64,000 nucleotides of DNA from Thermoanaerobaculia bacterium. GTDB lineage: Bacteria > Acidobacteriota > Thermoanaerobaculia > Gp7-AA8. Position 1 is the first letter of the stretch. Each line of letters opens with the position of its first letter. The stretch is taken from contig DATEZA010000319.1 of the NCBI GenBank assembly GCA_035255945.1, forward strand, positions 1,606-65,605, in the 5' to 3' direction. The position numbers were made by a program, and so were the translations under genes. Positions 59,244 through 64,000 of the stretch are shown in pieces. Under the pieces are notes generated by a model. That model made no database searches. It was given only the letters and a program-made list of their open reading frames with translations, and had not been told where the DNA came from.

Positions 59244-61838
59244 ATGGCCGATTCTGATTACACGCAATTCAACGATCAAAAACTGCCCGTAAACATCGAA
59301 GACGAGATGCGCAAGTCGTATCTCGACTACGCGATGTCGGTCATCATCGGCCGCGCGCTTCCCGATGTCCGCGACGGCCTCAAGCCCGTCCATCGCCGCA
59401 TCCTCTACGGCATGTACGAGCAGGGGAACACCGCCGGCCGCGCGTACAAGAAGTCGGCGCGCATCGTCGGCGACGTGATGGGCAAGTACCACCCGCACGG
59501 CGATTCGGCGATCTACGACTCGGTCGTGCGCATGGCGCAGGAATTCTCCATGCGCTACATGCTGGTCGACGGGCAGGGGAACTTCGGCTCGCTCGACGGC
59601 GACAACCCCGCGGCGATGCGCTACACCGAGGTCCGTCTCACGCGGCTCGCCGAAGAGCTGATGCGGGACGACATCGACAAGGAAACGGTCGACTGGGTCC
59701 CGAACTACGACGGCACCGAGCGCGAGCCGTCGGTGCTGCCCGCGAAGTTCCCCAACCTGCTCGTGAACGGCTCTTCCGGCATTGCGGTCGGCATGGCCAC
59801 GAACATCCCGCCGCACAACCTCGGCGAAGTGATCGACGCCGTGTTGATGATGATCGACAACCCGAAGTCGACGGTGAAGGAGCTGATGACCGTCATGCCC
59901 GGCCCCGATTTCCCGACGGCCGGCTTCATTCACGGCATCGACGGAATCCGCCAGGCGTACGAGACCGGCCGCGGCATCATCCAGGTCCGCGCCCGCGCGA
60001 TCATCGAAGAATCGAAGAAGCAGGACAAGCAGCAGATCGTCGTGACGGAAGTTCCGTACATGACGAACAAGGCGCGCCTGCAGGAAAAAATCGCGGAGCT
60101 GGTGAAGGACAAGCGGATCGAAGGCATCACCGACATCCGCGACGAATCGGACCGCGAAGGCATTCGCGTCGTCATCGAGCTGAAGCGCGGCGAAATTGCC
60201 GAGGTCGTGCTGAACAACCTCTATTCGCAGACGCAGATGCAGACGACGTTCGGCATCATCTTCCTGGCGATCGTCAACAACAAGCCCGAGGTGATGGAGC
60301 TCCCCACGATGCTCCGTCACTTCGTCGAGCATCGGAAAGAGATCGTCGTCCGCCGCACGCGCTTCGAATTGCGCAAGGCGCAAGAGCGCGCTCATATCCT
60401 CGAGGGGCTGGTCAAAGCGCTCGATCGCCTCGACGAAGTGATCGCGTTGATCCGCTCCGCGAAGACGCCGCCGGAAGCGAAAGAAGGCCTCGTCTCGAAG
60501 TTCGAGTTCAGCGAAGTGCAGGCGCAGGCGATCCTCGAAATGCGGCTGCAGCGACTCACTGGACTCGAGCGCGACAAGATCGTGCAGGAGTACGAGGAAG
60601 TTCTCGCGCTCATCGCGAAACTGAAAGAGATCCTCGCGTCCGAGAAGCTCGTGCTCGACATCATTTCGACCGAGCTGCACGAGATCAAAGAGCAGTACGG
60701 CGACAAGCGCCGCACCGAGATCATCCCCGATGCCGGCGACATCACGATCGAGGACATGATCGCCGACGAAGACATGGTCATCACCGTGTCGCGCGGCGGC
60801 TACATCAAGCGCTCGCCGCTGTCGCTCTATCGTTCGCAGCGCCGCGGCGGCAAAGGCCGCATCGGCATGCAGACGAAGGAAGAGGACATCGTCGAGCACC
60901 TCTTCGTCGCGAGCGCGCATTCGTACGTGCTGGTGTTCACGGACAAAGGCCGGCTGTACTGGCTGAAGGTGCACCAGATTCCGGAAGTCGCGTCGAACGC
61001 GCGCGGCAAGGCGATCGTGAACCTGCTGCAGGTCGAGCAGGGCGAGAACGTCCGCGCGCTGCTGACGGTCAAGGACTTCACCGAAGCGAAGTACGTCGTG
61101 ATGGCGACGCGCGCCGGCAAGATCAAGAAGACCGAGCTCGAGTCGTTCTCGAACGTGCGGGCAAGCGGCATCATTGCCATCGACATCAACGAAGGCGACG
61201 ATCTCTACGCCGTGCGTCTGTCCGACGGCAACAGCGAAGTCTTCGTCGGCACGCACAACGGCCGCGCGATCCGCTTCCACGAATCGGATGTGCGTCCGAT
61301 GGGACGCGGCGCGGCCGGCGTGAAAGCGATCACGCTGCGCGGCGACGATCACGTCGTCGAGATGGATGTGCTGCCGGCGTCGAACGAAGTCGCAGCACCG
61401 GAAGACGCGGTCGTCGAAGAAGCCGAGAGCGAGTCGGACGAGGAAGTGATCGACACCACCGACACGCGCGGCCAGATGCTCACCGTCACCGAAAAAGGTT
61501 TCGGCAAGCGGACCCCGGTCTCGATGTACCGCCTGCAGAGCCGCGGCGGCACGGGCGTGATCAACATCAAGATCACCGAGAAGAACGGCAAGGTCGCGGG
61601 CATCGCGCACGTCGTCGGCGACGAACAGATCCTGCTCATCACCGAGCAGGGGATGATCATTCGCACGAACGTCGCCGATCTCCGTCCGATGGGGCGCTCG
61701 ACGCAGGGCGTGCGCGTGATCAATCTCGACGAGAACGATCGCGTCGTCGCCGCTGTCAAAGTCGTGTCTGAAGGTGAAGAGACTGAAAGCCTGACGCCGC
61801 CTGATTCGCCGACGCCCGATGAAGAGCCGGTGCAATAA
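59244..61838 (+). CDS. gyrA: DNA gyrase subunit A
   Basis: The 864-aa product has the active-site region [10 protein letters not shown] and C-terminal beta-pinwheel repeats. Confidence 0.97.
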   Translation: MADSDYTQFNDQKLPVNIEDEMRKSYLDYAMSVIIGRALPDVRDGLKPVHRRILYGMYEQGNTAGRAYKKSARIVGDVMGKYHPHGDSAIYDSVVRMAQEFSMRYMLVDGQGNFGSLDGDNPAAMRYTEVRLTRLAEELMRDDIDKETVDWVPNYDGTEREPSVLPAKFPNLLVNGSSGIAVGMATNIPPHNLGEVIDAVLMMIDNPKSTVKELMTVMPGPDFPTAGFIHGIDGIRQAYETGRGIIQVRARAIIEESKKQDKQQIVVTEVPYMTNKARLQEKIAELVKDKRIEGITDIRDESDREGIRVVIELKRGEIAEVVLNNLYSQTQMQTTFGIIFLAIVNNKPEVMELPTMLRHFVEHRKEIVVRRTRFELRKAQERAHILEGLVKALDRLDEVIALIRSAKTPPEAKEGLVSKFEFSEVQAQAILEMRLQRLTGLERDKIVQEYEEVLALIAKLKEILASEKLVLDIISTELHEIKEQYGDKRRTEIIPDAGDITIEDMIADEDMVITVSRGGYIKRSPLSLYRSQRRGGKGRIGMQTKEEDIVEHLFVASAHSYVLVFTDKGRLYWLKVHQIPEVASNARGKAIVNLLQVEQGENVRALLTVKDFTEAKYVVMATRAGKIKKTELESFSNVRASGIIAIDINEGDDLYAVRLSDGNSEVFVGTHNGRAIRFHESDVRPMGRGAAGVKAITLRGDDHVVEMDVLPASNEVAAPEDAVVEEAESESDEEVIDTTDTRGQMLTVTEKGFGKRTPVSMYRLQSRGGTGVINIKITEKNGKVAGIAHVVGDEQILLITEQGMIIRTNVADLRPMGRSTQGVRVINLDENDRVVAAVKVVSEGEETESLTPPDSPTPDEEPVQ

Positions 61839-61845
61839 TCATCCG

Positions 61846-62127
61846 ATGCTGAAAATGTCGCGCGAGCGGGTCAACCAGCTCGCGCGCGATCTTCTCGAAG
61901 TGCTGACGCGCGCGCAGTCGGTCGTCCTGCTCAAGGATCGCGAGGCCGTGCGTCAGGCGATCGCGCATGCGCTCGATGACGAGCTGCGTCGCGAGCAAGA
62001 GCGCGAGGAGAACGTCCGCCGCAAGGTCGCGACGATCAAGAAGCCGCCCGCGCCGGGATCAACAGAGTACGAGCAACTTTTCCGCAAATTGCTGGAAGAG
62101 GAGCACGTGCGCGAAGGGCTCGAATAA
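61846..62127 (+). CDS. DUF507-like small protein
   Basis: The start was chosen at MLKMSRERVNQLARDLLE, after the gyrA stop. This family is commonly found downstream of gyrA. Confidence 0.55.
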   Translation: MLKMSRERVNQLARDLLEVLTRAQSVVLLKDREAVRQAIAHALDDELRREQEREENVRRKVATIKKPPAPGSTEYEQLFRKLLEEEHVREGLE

Positions 62128-62137
62128 GCCGTAACGG

Positions 62138-62398
62138 CTAGTTCGGCTCTTCGTCCGGCTCACTCATCATGCGGCGCCAGCGCTGCGCCTTCATCCGTTC
62201 GAACACGCCGCCGCCGTTCCCCGCCGGAATCCAGCTGTTGCCGCCGCACTTCGGGCAGCGTCCCCGAAAGGCGATGTTCTTCCCGCAGTCCGGACAGATG
62301 ATCACGAGCGAGTGCGACAGCTCGAGCTTCTGCTCTCCCTCGGTGTCCAGACTGTTCAGGAAAGATGCGAGGTTCGTGAACGTATCTTCGAGGGCCAT
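62138..62398 (-). CDS. Small zinc-ribbon protein
   Basis: The product (about 86 aa) has two CxxC pairs (CPDCGKN...CPKCGG). Confidence 0.4.
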   Translation of the reverse strand: MALEDTFTNLASFLNSLDTEGEQKLELSHSLVIICPDCGKNIAFRGRCPKCGGNSWIPAGNGGGVFERMKAQRWRRMMSEPDEEPN

Positions 62399-62439
62399 GC
62401 TACTTCTCACGAACCCTCAAACTGCACACGCCATGCCGG

Positions 62440-63930
62440 TCAGATCCGCATCACGTCGAATTGCTCGTGATGCAGCGAGTCATCCGGCTTGAACACCAGA
62501 TGGATGCCGAGGTTGCGCTCGGTTTCCTCGAAGATCGGATCGCCCGGTTGCATCGATGAATAGACCACCGGATTCACGCGCACGATCACGTCCTGGCCTT
62601 CGTGCAGATCGCGCAGCTTCATCAGCTCGCGCCAGATCTCGAGCGCGATCGTCGTGTTCGATTTGATCCGTCCCGAGCCCGCGCAGTACGGACACGCCTG
62701 CGTCAGCGAGCGCTCCAGCGATTGCCGCACACGTTTGCGCGTCATCTCGATCAGGCCGAACTCCGAGATCTGCAGGATCTTCGTCTTCGACCGATCCTTC
62801 TTGATCTCGTTCTCCAGCGTTTCGAAAAGGCGCGCGCGATTCTGCGGCTCCTCCATGTCGATGAAGTCGAGGACGATGATGCCGCCGAGGTCGCGGAGAC
62901 GGATCTGGCGAACGATCTCTTTCGCTGCTTCGAGATTCGTGCGGAACACCGTCTCTTCGAGATTGCGCTTGCCGACGTATTTGCCCGTGTTCACGTCGAT
63001 CGCGACGAGCGCTTCGGTCTGATTGATGACGATGTAGCCGCCCGACTTCAGCCAGACCTTCGACTTCAGCGCCTTGGCGATCTCCGGCTCGATCCCGAAC
63101 TCGTCGAAGATCGGCTCTTCGCGGCGGAACAACCGGACGCGCGGCACGAGAATCGGCTGGATCTGATCGAGGAACTCGACGATGCGCTGGTACTGATCGA
63201 CCGAATCGACCCATACGCTCTTGAACTCCGGCGAGAGCACGTCGCGGATGGTGCGCAGGACGAGATCGAGATCGTGATGAATCGCCGTCGGTGCCGACAC
63301 TTTCTCCGCGCGGCGCCGGATCTGATCCCACAGATCGGTGAGGTACTTCAGATCGGCGCGGAACTCGTCTTCATTGCGTTCCTCGCCCGCGGTGCGCACG
63401 ATGAATCCGCCGGTGCCGTGCGGCCGGATCGTTTCGAGCATGTCCTTCAAGCGCTGCCGCTCCGCTTCGTTTTCGATGCGGCGCGACACGCCGATGTGAT
63501 TCACCGTCGGCATGTAGACGAGGAAGCGTCCGGGCAGCGTGATGTGGCTCGTGATACGCGCGCCTTTGCCGGCGATCGTGTCCTTCGACACCTGCACCAC
63601 GATCTCCTGTCCCTCGCGCAGCAGATCCGAGATCGATGCCTCGGGACGCTGCGGAACTTCATCGAGGTGCAGCTCGTCGTTCGATTCGTCGAAGTCCTCG
63701 AGGTCTTCGATGACATCGGAAACGTACAGGAATGCGTCGCGTTCGAGCCCGAGGTCGACGAAGGCGGACTGCATGCCGGGGAGGACTTTGGTGACGCGGC
63801 CTTTGTAGATGTTGCCGACGATCGTTCGGTGCCGCGTCCGCTCGACCCACAGCTCGACGACCTGGCCTTCGTCGAGAACGGCGATGCGCGACTCGTGCTT
63901 CGTTGCGTTGATCACGATCTCGCGCGACAT
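62440..63930 (-). CDS. rng: Ribonuclease G (RNase E/G family)
   Basis: The 496-aa product has an S1 domain (NIYKGRVTKVLPGMQSAFVDLG) and the catalytic DNase I-like region. Its size fits RNase G rather than RNase E. Confidence 0.85.
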   Translation of the reverse strand: MSREIVINATKHESRIAVLDEGQVVELWVERTRHRTIVGNIYKGRVTKVLPGMQSAFVDLGLERDAFLYVSDVIEDLEDFDESNDELHLDEVPQRPEASISDLLREGQEIVVQVSKDTIAGKGARITSHITLPGRFLVYMPTVNHIGVSRRIENEAERQRLKDMLETIRPHGTGGFIVRTAGEERNEDEFRADLKYLTDLWDQIRRRAEKVSAPTAIHHDLDLVLRTIRDVLSPEFKSVWVDSVDQYQRIVEFLDQIQPILVPRVRLFRREEPIFDEFGIEPEIAKALKSKVWLKSGGYIVINQTEALVAIDVNTGKYVGKRNLEETVFRTNLEAAKEIVRQIRLRDLGGIIVLDFIDMEEPQNRARLFETLENEIKKDRSKTKILQISEFGLIEMTRKRVRQSLERSLTQACPYCAGSGRIKSNTTIALEIWRELMKLRDLHEGQDVIVRVNPVVYSSMQPGDPIFEETERNLGIHLVFKPDDSLHHEQFDVMRI

Positions 63931-64000
63931 GTCTGCCGCGGATTGTAGTCTGTGCGCCTGTCCTACATGTGAGCGAGCCGCGCGATCTTCGTCTCAGCCT

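Overview
This is a 64 kb, GC-rich (about 65-70%) bacterial chromosome window spanning the replication-origin neighbourhood. By inference it comes from a soil-type lineage such as Gemmatimonadota or Acidobacteriota; I cannot confirm the taxon from sequence alone.

The conserved core is rpmH-rnpA-yidD-yidC-jag-mnmE, then mnmG-rsmG-parA-parB-bactofilin (all on the minus strand), then dnaA-dnaN-recF-gyrB-gyrA on the plus strand. DnaA-box clusters lie upstream of dnaA and in the dnaA-dnaN spacer. Two parS-like 16-bp palindromes sit immediately before the parA and mnmG start codons. Upstream of this are an F1Fo ATP synthase partial operon (b'-b-delta-alpha-gamma-beta-epsilon, with no a or c subunit gene), a sigma-54-type two-component pair, an adenylate cyclase, topA, purine-salvage deaminases, mdh, an ATP-dependent DNA ligase, metX and uvrA.

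The accessory content includes two paralogous TPR-CHAT (caspase-like) proteins, one directly downstream of an ECF-type sigma factor and a zinc-binding (HxxxCxxC) transmembrane anti-sigma factor, with a divergent TPR-TlpA thioredoxin fusion. There is also a DUF2339 giant membrane protein paired with DUF3999, and a secreted repeat protein.

The window is rich in small dispersed palindromic elements. There are at least three intergenic families (GTCATCCTGAGC-type inverted repeats, CCCCGCAAGCGGGG hairpins and a long hairpin upstream of guaD) plus a palindrome embedded in-frame in coding sequence, as well as a 202-bp tandem duplication. One element family supplies the stop codon and a C-terminal Val-Ser-Ser to three different genes, and a copy of one arm is embedded in-frame inside uvrA. 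No rRNA, tRNA or CRISPR array was found.
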